A stretch of DNA of 52,609 bases, filler included, from Squatina squatina (GCA_031763465.1; 3 parts of 3 records of this genome joined end to end with filler, not necessarily neighbours in it); one strand, 5' to 3'. Shown: positions 1-11,528, counted from the first letter of the whole stretch. A program made the numbers and translations. The notes: generated by a model from the letters alone, not told the origin.

Positions 1-462
1 ATTCTCTGATGTTATGGATCAATCTTCTGGCTCTTCTCCGAATTTCCTCCAGGGTCTCAATGTATTTTTTGGTTATGTTGTTCAGTATTCAATTTGCTAC
101 ATTGATTGCTCCTTAGCAACTGAACATGTTGAGCGTTAAGGCTACTAAAACACCCAGATCTCTTTCAAATTCATACTTAACCATTTCAACATAATTCGTG
201 AAGTACTTGCGTTGCCTATTGTCTTACATGCAGTACTTAGCCATATTAAATTTAATCTGCCATTGACCTGGCCATTGACATATTTACAGCAAGGATCAAT
301 TATTTGTATTTCTCAAGGAATGTTTCCTGACATCTTTTAAAAAGAAATTTGGCAAAAACTGGTATTTAATTTTGCAGACCATATTAAAATCTAACAGATT
401 TTCAGTAACCAAAACCTGCTCATTATGGTACCATATATTTAATAAAGTGTTTGTACAGTTAC

Positions 463-657
463 CTTGACCAATGCCTCCTTGTGCAGCACCTGCCGTATCA
501 CTGACAAAGCCTGAATAAACATCATCAGAGGATAAGGAGGACTTAATAGAGCAGGGCTGTTGTGTCTGCACAGCCTGAGATTGAGCAGATTCTGATGTAT
601 CACAACTACATGTGGCATCTTGAGCTGTAGAAACTGTGCAATTATCTGTTTGGAGAC
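463..657 (-). CDS. WNK2: Probable further WNK2 exon (low complexity)
   Basis: tttcctgttacag|GT CTC...; LQTDNCTVSTAQDATCSCDTSESAQ...SSLSSDDVYSGFVSDTAGAAQGGIGQ G|gtaact; 195 bp, phase 1-1, open frame. Confidence 0.55.
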
Positions 658-850
658 CTGTAACAGGAAAGACAACACATCCTAAGTACTTGAACAATTC
701 CACATTATTAAGAAAATGATTTTGCATGATGAATCATTCTAAATTTTGCCNNNNNNNNNNNNNNNNNNNNNNNNNNNNNNNNNNNNNNNNNNNNNNNNNN
801 NNNNNNNNNNNNNNNNNNNNNNNNNNNNNNNNNNNNNNNNNNNNNNNNNN

Positions 851-1579
851 TGCAACCCACTTCTATAGGAGCAGTTTCAGAAGACTCTACAGCAGGATAA
901 ACTGGGAGAATCGCTCCAGGTTCCTGATATAATAAAGTACGTAATTTTTCATCCAGCGTCTTTATTGTATTATCTACAAACTCAATTTTACGTGGGCCTT
1001 CACCATCTGATTCAACCACAAGTGAAAGCTGTTGCTGACTGCTAACACCAGTCATAGTAATCGACTGAGACTGTGCTTGTGCTGGGTACTGTTGGTTAAC
1101 ACCTGGAACTAGTTGTGCAGGACTTTGGGGCTGAGAACCTATTGCTGTATTACTTACTGTTCCAGAAATGCCCATGGTTGATTGCATCTGGTTTGCAAAA
1201 GGTTGCTGCATTACAACAGGTTGTGGGATAACATCAGGCACATAGGCTTGCGGAACAGGCTGGTGCTCCAAGACAAGGCTGTGAATAGAACTCGGTTCAG
1301 CTGATTGAGTAGGAAGTGAAAGTTCTGTTTGGATAGATATTGACTGGATAGGAAGAGGCTGGACAACTGGACAACATGGCATGTCGACAACTGTAGGGGG
1401 GCTAAAAACCACATCTGATTGTTCATCTACTGACTGCAGCGGACAAACAGTCTTAGATTGAAGTTCTAAATGGTCATGAATCTCAAGCTGACTTTGAAGT
1501 GAAATACTTGATCCATTAGAAACAGCAGCATGAATCTGCTGACTGTTCTGTTGTGCTTCATTTCCAGTCTTATCCTCTG
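851..1579 (-). CDS. WNK2: Internal part of the large Q/P/S-rich WNK2 exon
   Basis: Whole contig is open in one frame; contains [31 protein letters not shown], a motif conserved in WNK2/WNK3. Confidence 0.85.
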
Positions 1580-2185
1580 NNNNNNNNNNNNNNNNNNNNN
1601 NNNNNNNNNNNNNNNNNNNNNNNNNNNNNNNNNNNNNNNNNNNNNNNNNNNNNNNNNNNNNNNNNNNNNNNNNNNNNNNTTAAAATGCTTGAATGGATTT
1701 TTAAACAAATAATGTCATGTAGCTCTGAGAAGACATGAGCATACCAATGTTCCTGCTGCACAGTGCGACCACGTAGCCATGCAGTGGTTTGGAGGTCCCA
1801 CATAAGCCACTCACCAGCTTTTACACAGGAGAAAGCACAAGCAAAAATTTGAATGGGTCACACAGTCAATTAATGGGACCGCAGATGAAAAAAAAAGGAA
1901 GATTGGACATACTCAGTTCAAATGTACCTAGGTGATACTTTGGTAATACTACACTTGGAATTTTAAAATAATTATAAAAACAGCAGCATATACTAATACA
2001 GACATCATTTTCTTTCAGCAACGAGCATGTTAGAGATCAAATTTTTTTTTTTACATTTTTACTTGCTATTAATTTATCAATCACCATTTACTATCAGAGA
2101 TGGATCTTCAAAGAAGTCAAATGGTATGACTTGATTACTTAGTATAAAGTGAAATATCAAGTGTGTAACAAAATAAGTTACATAC

Positions 2186-2356
2186 CTGGCCCTCAGTCTC
2201 AGACTTGCCAGCAACGTGCTGAAATCCTGTACTGTGAGTAGCGCCTCTTTCTCCCTCTGTTTCTTCAGCGAGCATGTCCTCTGCTTTATCCATTATATCT
2301 TTCATCTGTTCTATGAAAATCTCCTTCTCAATTTCCAGTATAAAATCGTTATCTAC
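2186..2356 (-). CDS. WNK2: WNK2 exon; not in ORF track
   Basis: ttttatag|VDNDFILEIEKEIFIEQMKDIMDKAEDMLAEETEGERGATHSTGFQHVAGKSETEGQ|gtatgt; 171 bp. Confidence 0.9.
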
Positions 2357-2493
2357 CTATAAAAGAATTACAAAATATCTTTTTTAAATTGCTAGTTCCA
2401 TTTTTCATTTTGGTGAAATGTGTTTGATTATACTTCAGTAAAACAAATCCAATTGTTACATTCTCACATAGTTCTTTAAATTATAAAACTTAC

Positions 2494-2610
2494 CATGTAA
2501 TTTGCTATTTCATCTGGAGCATCACCATCCAAATCAAATTTAAAGGTTACCATTTTGTGATTATGAGTTTCCAGTTGGCATTCTACCATTTTATCTCCTA
2601 CATTCGACAC
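2494..2610 (-). CDS. WNK2: WNK2 exon, second CCT/OSR1-C-like domain; not in ORF track
   Basis: ccttacag|[39 protein letters not shown]|gtaagt; 117 bp, after a 92-bp intron. Confidence 0.93.
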
Positions 2611-2702
2611 CTGTAAGGAAGTGAATATCAGTTGTGCGTTTAAGATAATTCAATCTAATTGTCAGGTCATGCTTTTTACATAAAAGGTTTTCAAATACTC
2701 AC

Positions 2703-2868
2703 ATTAAGAATTGTCAGCTTTGGCTTATTAGCCTTTTCTTGACGTGAACGAGTGCGTGTAGACCTCCTGTGATGCTTCCTCGAACTTTTGCTCTCCTGCT
2801 TCCCACTGGTTTGAATTCCTTCGTATCCATCACTCATCTCTTTTCCTGAAGCAACATCAGAATATACA
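2703..2868 (-). CDS. WNK2: WNK2 exon preceding the second CCT-like domain
   Basis: aaacag|T GTA TAT...; VYSDVASGKEMSDGYEGIQTSGKQESKSSRKHHRRSTRTRSRQEKANKPKLTILN|gtgagt. Confidence 0.9.
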
Positions 2869-3499
2869 CTGTTTGGAGGAAAATGATCATAAAAATGTAA
2901 NNNNNNNNNNNNNNNNNNNNNNNNNNNNNNNNNNNNNNNNNNNNNNNNNNNNNNNNNNNNNNNNNNNNNNNNNNNNNNNNNNNNNNNNNNNNNNNNNNNN
3001 CCAATATTGTACTGCATGCTAATTAATTGTAAAACTGTATAATTCAGGTGATTTGTACCAATAAAATAGACTGAAGAGATTTTTAATTAAACCTTTAGTG
3101 TGACTGGCTCAGTTTGTCCAAAAAATCTAGAAACCTGTTCCCAGGACTAAAAAGAGGAAAGTCCTACAGGGGAAAGAACATCAAAGCTGAGCTTATTAGC
3201 ATTTTAACTCTCTTTCATCTCAGTGACTTTTTAAAAAAAAATGTGAATACTCTTTGCTTTGAAAGCAAGCTTAATTATTTCTTCTAAAACTGTTCTGTGG
3301 AGAAAATAGCCAAAAAGTCCTGAGGTATGACAATAATGCTAATTACTTCTGACAGGAATTGCTTCCCAACTTGTTGGGGGCAAAAACCCTTCTGATCTTC
3401 TGCCTCATTTGGGCACCGTGCCCATAATGTGAGCACCGAGCATTGCTGGAACACCTTTCAACTATCCTATCATCCGACCAGTGCCCCGCTGATCCTTAC

Positions 3500-3657
3500 T
3501 TGATGGAGAACTGCAGCTTCTCCGTGATCCCAAGCAGGCAGGTCCCGATAGCCAGAATAAAGATTCCAAGTCCGAAGTACTCATGTAGCGGTCGGTAGCA
3601 GGCTCGGAGGGAGTAGGCCGCGCCAGGAAACAGAAAGAACATCAGTCCCATAGCCCA
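3500..3657 (-). pseudogene. Isolated cytochrome b561 (CYB561-like) exon encoding about two TM helices, nested in a WNK2 intron
   Basis: ctctctttttacag|TGG...; WAMGLMFFLFPGAAYSLRACYRPLHEYFGLGIFILAIGTCLLGITEKLQFSI AA|gtaagg. FFLFPGA, YRPxH (heme-ligand His) and LLGITEKL motifs match the CYB561 family; no other b561 exon seen in the window. Confidence 0.8.
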
Positions 3658-4213
3658 CTGTAAAAAGAGAGCCAGCAAAAGTCACTTTAACCTTTAATCC
3701 AATACTAACACAGCATAACAAGCATGGTCCAAATAACACCTCAAACATGTTTCAGTGTCAAAGTGGGAGCAAACCTGGTTTCAATCAAATCTTCAGGTAT
3801 TTAAGGGTACATGAGGTATCTTGGTCTCCTTGTACCTCAGTCCCATCATCTCATCCTCCCAATCCCTTCAGTCTTCCCTCCCTCCCATTGGATGTCAACT
3901 TGAAGTACCCCAACAGATTCTGTATTCCTCCACCTATTGTCCCTCATTAAGTGCATGTATTATATTTTTGTGAATATTCAGAATACCTGGCCTTATGTAT
4001 ATACCTCCACTTTCAGAAACTCCCTCCCTAAATTACCCTCTTTCTCTTAAAAAGCCTCTGAAAACATGTCTCTTAAACCCAGACATTGGTCCCCTCTCCT
4101 GGCCCTCCTTCAATGAGACCTGTGTGTTTCTCTCTTCTCCACTATATAAATTCAAGTTAGTTTTTCCTTTTCTAACAAAGCTTTACCATGCATTAATTGT
4201 ACATGAATCTTAC

Positions 4214-4433
4214 CATTTCTTGTGCAACATCGTCAGGATTTTCTTTATTCAAGTCAAAACTGAACTCAATAGCCCCATTGTCTTTGGGCTTGCCCTTCAG
4301 CTTCTTAGGATCTTCAACCCAGAGTCTCATTGCTATCGAATTTTTTTTCCCATCATCTTCTTCAGCAAGTTCAACCCTTACCCCAGTGTCCTCCGCAAAG
4401 AATGCATGATTTAATAGAACCTTTATAGCATAT
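4214..4433 (-). CDS. WNK2: WNK2 exon: end of kinase domain and autoinhibitory/CCT-like domain
   Basis: tttgcag|A TAT GCT...; [73 protein letters not shown]|gtaaga. [13 protein letters not shown] is WNK2-type as recalled; 220 bp, ends in phase 0. Confidence 0.93.
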
Positions 4434-5055
4434 CTGCAAAACAATTCAACACTCAATTATTCAGCTTGGGGTAGAGTTTCTGCTTTGAATGCAATTGGCG
4501 ATCCTGTGCAAATTGCACCAGTCTTCAGAAGTGTTTCTCCCCACCACCCCCCACCCCCCACCCCCCAGCCCCCGCACGCCGAGTTTCTGATCAAATTCAT
4601 TTTCATAGTGCCAAATGCAAAATCTGCCATGAACCAGCGCAGTCAGGCAGCANNNNNNNNNNNNNNNNNNNNNNNNNNNNNNNNNNNNNNNNNNNNNNNN
4701 NNNNNNNNNNNNNNNNNNNNNNNNNNNNNNNNNNNNNNNNNNNNNNNNNNNNCTGTTAACCTATTTGGTGCTCAGTCAATATGCAATCTGAATTACTCAT
4801 ACTGAAATTGTATATATGAAGGCAGCACACAAAGCATGAGAATTTGAGGAAAAAAGCTTACACACGAATTTCTGGAATTATTCTATTCCCTTTTGGTATA
4901 AATGAAGTAGATTTTGAAAGTAATTGTGTTGTGCATAAAATTTCAGTGCACAAAACAAAAAGCTCACCACATGATTACGGCAAGTTTGTTTATATTTATA
5001 AGCCAGCTTGTAAACTAGCCATAAATCAGTTTGCCACATGAAAAAGCATTGATTA

Positions 5056-5253
<198 letters not shown>

Positions 5254-6013
5254 TTAAAAAGCAAATTTAACATTCTAACAACTTAACTGACAATAAAAAG
5301 TTATTTCACAGAAAATCATAGGCTGGGGGCTCGTGATTTCCAGATACGTGCTAGACATGCACTGTTAGTGAGTTTGACAGCTTATACAGTCTTCAATAAA
5401 CAAAAAATACCTCATTAAACATATATAAACAAATAGTTAAGCTTCAAAAAAAAATCATCTCCTTTTCTGCACTCAGTAGTCTGAAGCCATGCAGAACAGT
5501 GGACTCAATGAGGACGATCTACTCCAGGTGAGTGTCCTCCGACATGAAAGAGATGTGGTTAGATGATCGGCACTCAGCACAACATTCCTGTGGAACTGTC
5601 CTAGAGGGTGCCATCCTCTGGAACTATTGCATTTTAAGTAAAAGTTAGAGAGTAGTTACCATCTCTTACTTAAGTGGGCTGCAAAAGCATATATTATGCA
5701 ATGGGAAACCTGCAATTTGCCTACTGGCACTTCAAGTATAATTATTCGAGTCTTTCTGTGCTCCCAGGGTCACTTTTGAGGTATTTCTGGCTTGGTTGCC
5801 ATCTTTTCCACCTGCAGCCTTGTGTACCACTAAACTTAAGCTATAAATAATGAAGTATAACATTTATTCTATAAATTTGACCAGATTCCATAACTGACAC
5901 AAAAATCAAAGAATACTTTAGGAAAATCTTCTATCCAGTGTTCCACCTCCCAACCAAAATGACGAACAGCAGGATAGCATCATAATAAATCTGAAGGAAT
6001 GGCAGGTATTTAC

Positions 6014-6234
6014 CTATAACACTTTTGGCAAAAGAGGCACGCTTTAGAGTTGCAAGCCCCAAATCACCTATCTTCACTGATCCAGTAGGTCCAGTAATAA
6101 AAATATTATCACATTTTAAGTCCCGATGAATAATTGGCGGCGTTCTTGTGTGTAGAAAATGTAATCCTTTCAATATCTGCCGGCACCAGCTTCGCATAAC
6201 TTTTGTTTTCATGACTTTAAATCTTTTTAAATAT
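6014..6234 (-). CDS. WNK2: WNK2 kinase exon with catalytic loop
   Basis: ttgcag|A TAT TTA AAA...; [74 protein letters not shown]|gtaaat; 221 bp. Confidence 0.95.
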
Positions 6235-6689
6235 CTGCAAATAAATAAACATTTTACACAAGTTTATACTAAAAGCAGCATGCATAAGCAGATTAAATGA
6301 GCAATTCTGAATACCTCAGAAATACTCAATTCCAATCTTAAAATGAAGCTATACATGTTGAATCAAATATAACCACAGAACTAGGAGATAAATTTATTAA
6401 CTTCACGTGAAACTTTTTGAAATACCTAAAATAATTGGAACCTGTCAGACAAAATGCAAATTGATACAAAGGGTTGTTTCATTAAATGTTGCACACTGTA
6501 TCATTATGGATCCTATACATAGCCAAGTGCAAGAGGTCACAGAAACTCTTTGTCTCGAAGGAAGTTACAGCTCTGTATGGCGAGTTCTGCTGTGTCATCC
6601 TAACAGAAATACAATAAAACCACAAATGGAAAATGTTTCGAGCAGCTCGAGTCTCATTTGCACACAACTGAATCTAAATGACATTTCTT

Positions 6690-6965
6690 GCCTCTGAGTC
6701 GAAAGATCTTGGGTTTATGCCCTGCTCCATTAATGCAGCATAAAGTCTAGGCCGACACTTCAGTGCCAGGAGTGCGGCATTGCCTTTTGGTTCAGACAGT
6801 TAACTGAGATCCTCCAAGATGGACCAAAAAGATCCCAAAACATTTTTATTTTTTATGAGCGGTGAGGTCTTCCGGTAAACATTCATCCTTCAACCAATGT
6901 CACCAAAAACAGATGAACTGTTCACTCAGACTGTTATGGTTTGCGGGGCCTTTCCACGTGCATTA
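6690..6965 (+). mobile_element. Degenerate DeuSINE
   Basis: Weak match to the 34350/16043 copies (gtctaggccgacacttcagtgc; aaaagatccc; caaccaatgtcaccaaaaacaga). Confidence 0.5.
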
Positions 6966-7006
6966 ATTTTCAGAGTGACAACTAAGAAGAAACCAGCATG
7001 AAACTA

Positions 7007-7158
7007 CACTGGGACCCCGCTAAAACACAGTCCATATTGCGGGACCGTGTTATAACCGAAACCGCGTTATAGCGAGGTCCTTTTAAAGCGCCGGTTTAAC
7101 TGGGGTCCAAGTCGGACACACATTGAACCGAGTTCCGTACTATAGCGGGGTCCCAGTG
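7007..7158. mobile_element. Tc1/mariner-pogo (Tigger-like) MITE
   Basis: Perfect 16-bp TIR CACTGGGACCCCGCTA (7007-7022) / TAGCGGGGTCCCAGTG (7143-7158), flanked by TA on both sides; 152 bp. Confidence 0.85.
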
Positions 7159-7409
7159 TATCATGCCTCTCCTTTAAATTCCCTGTAGTCTACAGTCCCC
7201 CTGCAAGCCCACCCAGTGATATCCTCCCTACTTTCCTCCCCCAACCTCTGCACTGAGCAACTCTTCACCCTTCATTATTTCAATCTCCATTTCAGCTCCC
7301 CTTGCCTTCTCTCCTTTGAATTCACTGCCCTCCTGTCCTCTCTAAACCTCTCCCATGTAAATTATCGCAACCATATTCGTAACCAATCCCATGGTCTCAC
7401 TGTCTCCCG

Positions 7410-8248
7410 TGGCAGGGGAGGCAGCGGATTGGTGAGTAGGAGCAGGTGAGTATTTCCACTGCTTTTACAGTTAGTGTTTTGGGCTAAAGTAAAAACAAGG
7501 TCCTTAGATTGTATGGGGAAGTGTTGAGAGAAAATAAGGCCCTTGTGTAATTAGTAGGCTTTGATTTAATTTAAAGTAATTAAAGGGTAAGTCATGGCGG
7601 GAGAGCTCGGACACGTGACATGCTCCACCTGCATGATGTGGGAAATCAGGGACACTTCCAGTGTCCCTGCCGACCATGTGTGCAGGAAACGTATCCAGCT
7701 GCAGCTACTGGCAGACCGTATTGCGGTGCTGGAGCTGCGGATAGATTCATTGTGGAGCATCCACGATGCTGAGATGAGCGTGGATAGCACGTTTAGTGAT
7801 GTGGTCACACCAGAGATAAAGAGTGCACAGGCAGGAAGGGAATGGGTGACCGCCAGGCGCATTAGAAGGCGGCAGGTAGTGCAGGAATCCCCTGTGGCCA
7901 TCCTCCTCTGATGGCTTATCAGGGGAAGGCAGCAGCAGCCAAGTTCGTGACACTACGGGTGGCTCTGCTGCACAGGAGGGGAGGAAAGAGTGGAAGGGCT
8001 ATAGTGATAGGGGATTCAATTGTAAGGGTAACAGACAGGGGTTTCTGCGGCCACAAACGGGACTCCAGGATGGTATGTTGCCTCCCTGGTGTTAGGGCCA
8101 AGGATGTCTCGGAGCGGCTGCAGGGCATTCTGGAGGGGAAGGGTGAACAGCCAGTTATCGTGGTGCATATTGGTACCAATGATATAGGTAAAAAATGGGA
8201 TGAGGTCCTAAAAGCTGAATATAGGGAGTTAGGAAGTAAATTAAAAAA
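7410..8248 (+). mobile_element. CR1-clade LINE 5' part: ORF1 (Cys-rich/leucine zipper plus SGNH esterase), disrupted
   Basis: ORF 7594 VTCSTCMMWE...HVCRKRIQLQLL...; ORF 7911 AIVIGDSIVR...CCLPG...VVHIGTNDIG; frameshift between the two; truncated by gap. Confidence 0.85.
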
Positions 8249-8349
8249 NNNNNNNNNNNNNNNNNNNNNNNNNNNNNNNNNNNNNNNNNNNNNNNNNNNN
8301 NNNNNNNNNNNNNNNNNNNNNNNNNNNNNNNNNNNNNNNNNNNNNNNNC

Positions 8350-9089
8350 TCCAGCCATGTCTCCGTGTCCAGACCCTTGTAGACCGTCTTGAAAGAGCCT
8401 CTTCCGAGTTCAATATCAAACTTGAGAAATCTGCCGTCGGGTGAAGTGGCGACCGCTTTCATCTCGGCTTCCTCCTCGTTCTCTTCACTCTTGGACTTGG
8501 AGAGGTCTTTGGCGCTATCCGGCGGCTCTTTGGATGCGCTGTCGCCCGCTTTGCCTTCCTTCTCTTCGTCGGCGCTGACGCTCTCGGTCGCGCTGCCTTT
8601 CTTGCCAGCTTGGCTCTCGGTGCTGGACCCTTCGGCGGCAGCTTCCCCCTGCATGGTTCGCAGCAGCGCCAGGCTTTTCGCCTCTCCGGCGCTCTGCCTC
8701 TCCGGCTCGGCCCCGTTGTGCAGCAGCCGCCTCGACCTGTCACCCGGCGCCGAGAGCGGCGCCGACAGGGGCACCGAGAGCGGCACAATCCGCCGGACAA
8801 ACCTCTGGGTGACGAGCGGGCCGGGGGCAGCTCGCTGCCTCCTCCTCATCACCACTGCAGCAGAGTCCATGTTGTTGTTGCTGCTGCTGCTGCTGCTGCC
8901 GCCGGTGCCGGTGGGAGCTGCAGGCTCGTCCTCGTCCTCCTCCTCCTCCTCCTCTCCACCATCACCGCACTCGGGGCCATTGCCATTGCCAGCGCCCACC
9001 GCAGACACGCCGCCGCCGTCTCCCCCAGACCCGTCCACGCTCGCCTCCCCGGCACTGTCACTCACTGCGGCGGCGGTTATCTCCGTCAC
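8350..9089 (-). CDS. WNK2: WNK kinase first coding exon (partial, gap on both sides): low-complexity N-terminus and start of kinase domain
   Basis: Open frame ending ...[41 protein letters not shown], which includes the WNK-type catalytic Lys in the GRGSFK loop; GC-rich. Paralog assigned mainly from the 4214-4433 exon. Confidence 0.9.
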
Positions 9090-10351
9090 NNNNNNNNNNN
9101 NNNNNNNNNNNNNNNNNNNNNNNNNNNNNNNNNNNNNNNNNNNNNNNNNNNNNNNNNNNNNNNNNNNNNNNNNNNNNNNNNNNNNNNNNACTTCAAAAGG
9201 AAAATCATTGACTGTGAAGTGACTTGGGATGCCCTGAGGAGGTGAAAAGTGATATATAAATGCAAGTTTTTCTTTTTTTTCTTGGCTTGGCTTTATATTC
9301 AAGCTTCTTTATGTTTCTTTTCTTGCAATAAAACCTTTGCATCTGTTAATAAACCTACACTTGTGCTTAAGGATATGGTACATTGAACACAGCAGGGATC
9401 ATTGGCACAGTTATATACATACAAATCTATTTATTTTGTAATCATAATACCATATACATGCAAATATACACAAAGACAAACAAAAGACATACTGTAGTTA
9501 TATACATGCACATAGTATATATCCACAAACATGTGCTCAAGTGTAAAGATACACTTGTTGATTCAAATATATGCTCTATATTATATACATAGTGACATAG
9601 GAGTATAATACATAGAAAGAACGATGGTTAGAAATGCATAAACATGTGTTACCATTAATTTTTGTGGGGATAGAAAAATCTATGGCACTGAACACCTTTA
9701 CCTTTACCTTGTTTCCATCTGCAAACCCCTGAAAAAGAAAGCATTTCTTACAGCTTTTCTTTTGGCTAAATAAGGACCCCTTTACAATCAGATTGCTACA
9801 ATACTTTATAGACTGTTCCTCTATTCATAACTGTAACTCCAATCATACTAGATCTAGAAGTTCTGGGACAAAAACCACCTAACCTGCTTTATTTCTGCTA
9901 TTGTTATTCTTGTTGCTTACATTGTCTGTAAGATTCAAACCTTCACTATGTTATTTTAAGTGAGGGTTTAAAATTAGGAAATGCATACATTTGAAATAAT
10001 TCTTTCATTTGTCTACAGATGAACCAGAATTAAACTGGAATCTATCTACTGCAAGACAACAAAGAGCAGAAAAAGACAGCAAACTGTTCTGAGTAAAAGC
10101 ACATTCAGTTTGTTGACTGAACTATTTATATCCCATAGCACTTGGTATTGGCAATCAGTACATAAAGTACAATAATATGATGAAATGGGATAAACTGGCA
10201 GTACTTAGTGAGTCATGTCAGTGTTTTTGGTATCCACAGTGGTTATTTAAAATAATTGTGGGAAAAAACTGAAGGAGGAATCATCCAGTTTGAAATGTCT
10301 ATCCGCCTTTCACAGTCCATCTTCATCCCACATCGTACTTCTTTGAAGAAA

Positions 10352-10430
10352 AGAACATAGAAACATAGAAAAATAGGTGCAGGAGTAGGCCATTCGGCCC
10401 TTCGAGCCTGCACCACCATTCAATATGATC
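10352..10430 (-). mobile_element. CR1/HER1-type LINE 3' tail
   Basis: acatagaaacatagaaaataggtgcaggagtaggccattcggcccttcgagcctgc; related tail at 42548-42721(-), and + strand tails near 44495-44553 and 33262-33348. Confidence 0.75.
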
Positions 10431-10530
10431 NNNNNNNNNNNNNNNNNNNNNNNNNNNNNNNNNNNNNNNNNNNNNNNNNNNNNNNNNNNNNNNNNNNNNN
10501 NNNNNNNNNNNNNNNNNNNNNNNNNNNNNN

Positions 10531-11528
10531 CAAACCCCAAGGCTCTCTCATCTTGACTGTTCTCATCCATAGTAAAAATGATGTACTGAGTCACCCTGGC
10601 AAATGATGCACTGGTGACCTTCCTGATGCACTTGTGGACTGCAGCCTGGCAGATTCAGGAGATGTTACCCAGTAGCAGCCAGGAAGGATGCTGAGGCAAA
10701 CAAGTGAGGCAGTGATCACTTTTACAGGCACTGGCAAGGCATGGCCTCCTGGCTCGGCAGGCAGCAGGTCCTTTTGCAGAAGGATGCAAAAGGTCAGCAG
10801 CAACCTGCCTGGAGAAGCGTGACCTCCTCATGGACTGCTTCTCAGTGAGATCCAGAAAGGTCACCCTTGGCCTATCGATCCTGTTGGCTGACTGCCTTCT
10901 AGGAGCCACACACCCTCCATCTCTCCCACCGCCCCGCCCCCACCACTGCTCTCTTCTCACAATCCCACCTGGTGCTGCTCCTTGATGCTGACGTCTCTAC
11001 TGCTGTTGTTGATATTGCTGCTCTTCTTCCTCCTCCTCCTCTTCTTCCACCCAATACATTATAGCAAGAACGGTATCCATAAGAGGCTTTGATTGCTTGT
11101 AACTGAGCTGCCGAATAAGGAAAATAAAACTATCAGAGATAAGCGATATCCAGTATCAGTAATCACTGCAACTCCAAAAAGTTCACTAGCACAAAGATAG
11201 CAATGAGCTGAGTGTCTGCGGTTAAATACCTCTTTAAATACTGCATCCTGATGTCTTTGGAACCAACCCTGCCAGGTTTTACCTAGCGGGCTGGGCAAGG
11301 GCTGGGACTTAGGATGATTGATGTTAGTATTGCATCGGGTCCTCGTTCCATCATACGACCCTAATTTGCATTTATTTCAGGAGGGGGCTTGCCTCTGATG
11401 GGTGCTTTCACCGACTAGAAAGTTCACACAAGCACACTGGTGTCGAGTTACTGTAAGCGGCAACAGGGCAGTAAGTACATCTGCGCAAAATTTACCGCTC
11501 ACATGCCCGGTTTCCATCCAGCGGTGGG
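10531..11528 (-). mobile_element. Harbinger transposase N-terminal fragment with flanking element sequence, frameshifted
   Basis: RPRVTFLDLTEKQSMRRSRFSR then, in another frame, LLQKDLLPAEPGGHALPVPVKVITA, typical of HARBI-like N-termini. Confidence 0.65.

Noticed and set aside
3350-3430. Helitron 3' end explaining the CYB561 exon capture
   Set aside because: Hairpins are present, but I see no correctly spaced CTRR terminus, so the mechanism is unsupported.
3995-4414. 139-aa + strand ORF
   Set aside because: Antisense to a WNK2 exon and extending into a probable old L2-type LINE tail; no protein features.
8389-9245. Long + strand ORFs (277 aa, 211 aa) and an alternative - frame ORF
   Set aside because: Shadow frames of the GC-rich WNK2 exon, partly extended by Ns.
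10005-10035. + strand acceptor tttgtctacag|ATGAACCAGAATTAA as a NINJ1 terminal exon
   Set aside because: Too short and has no recognisable homology.
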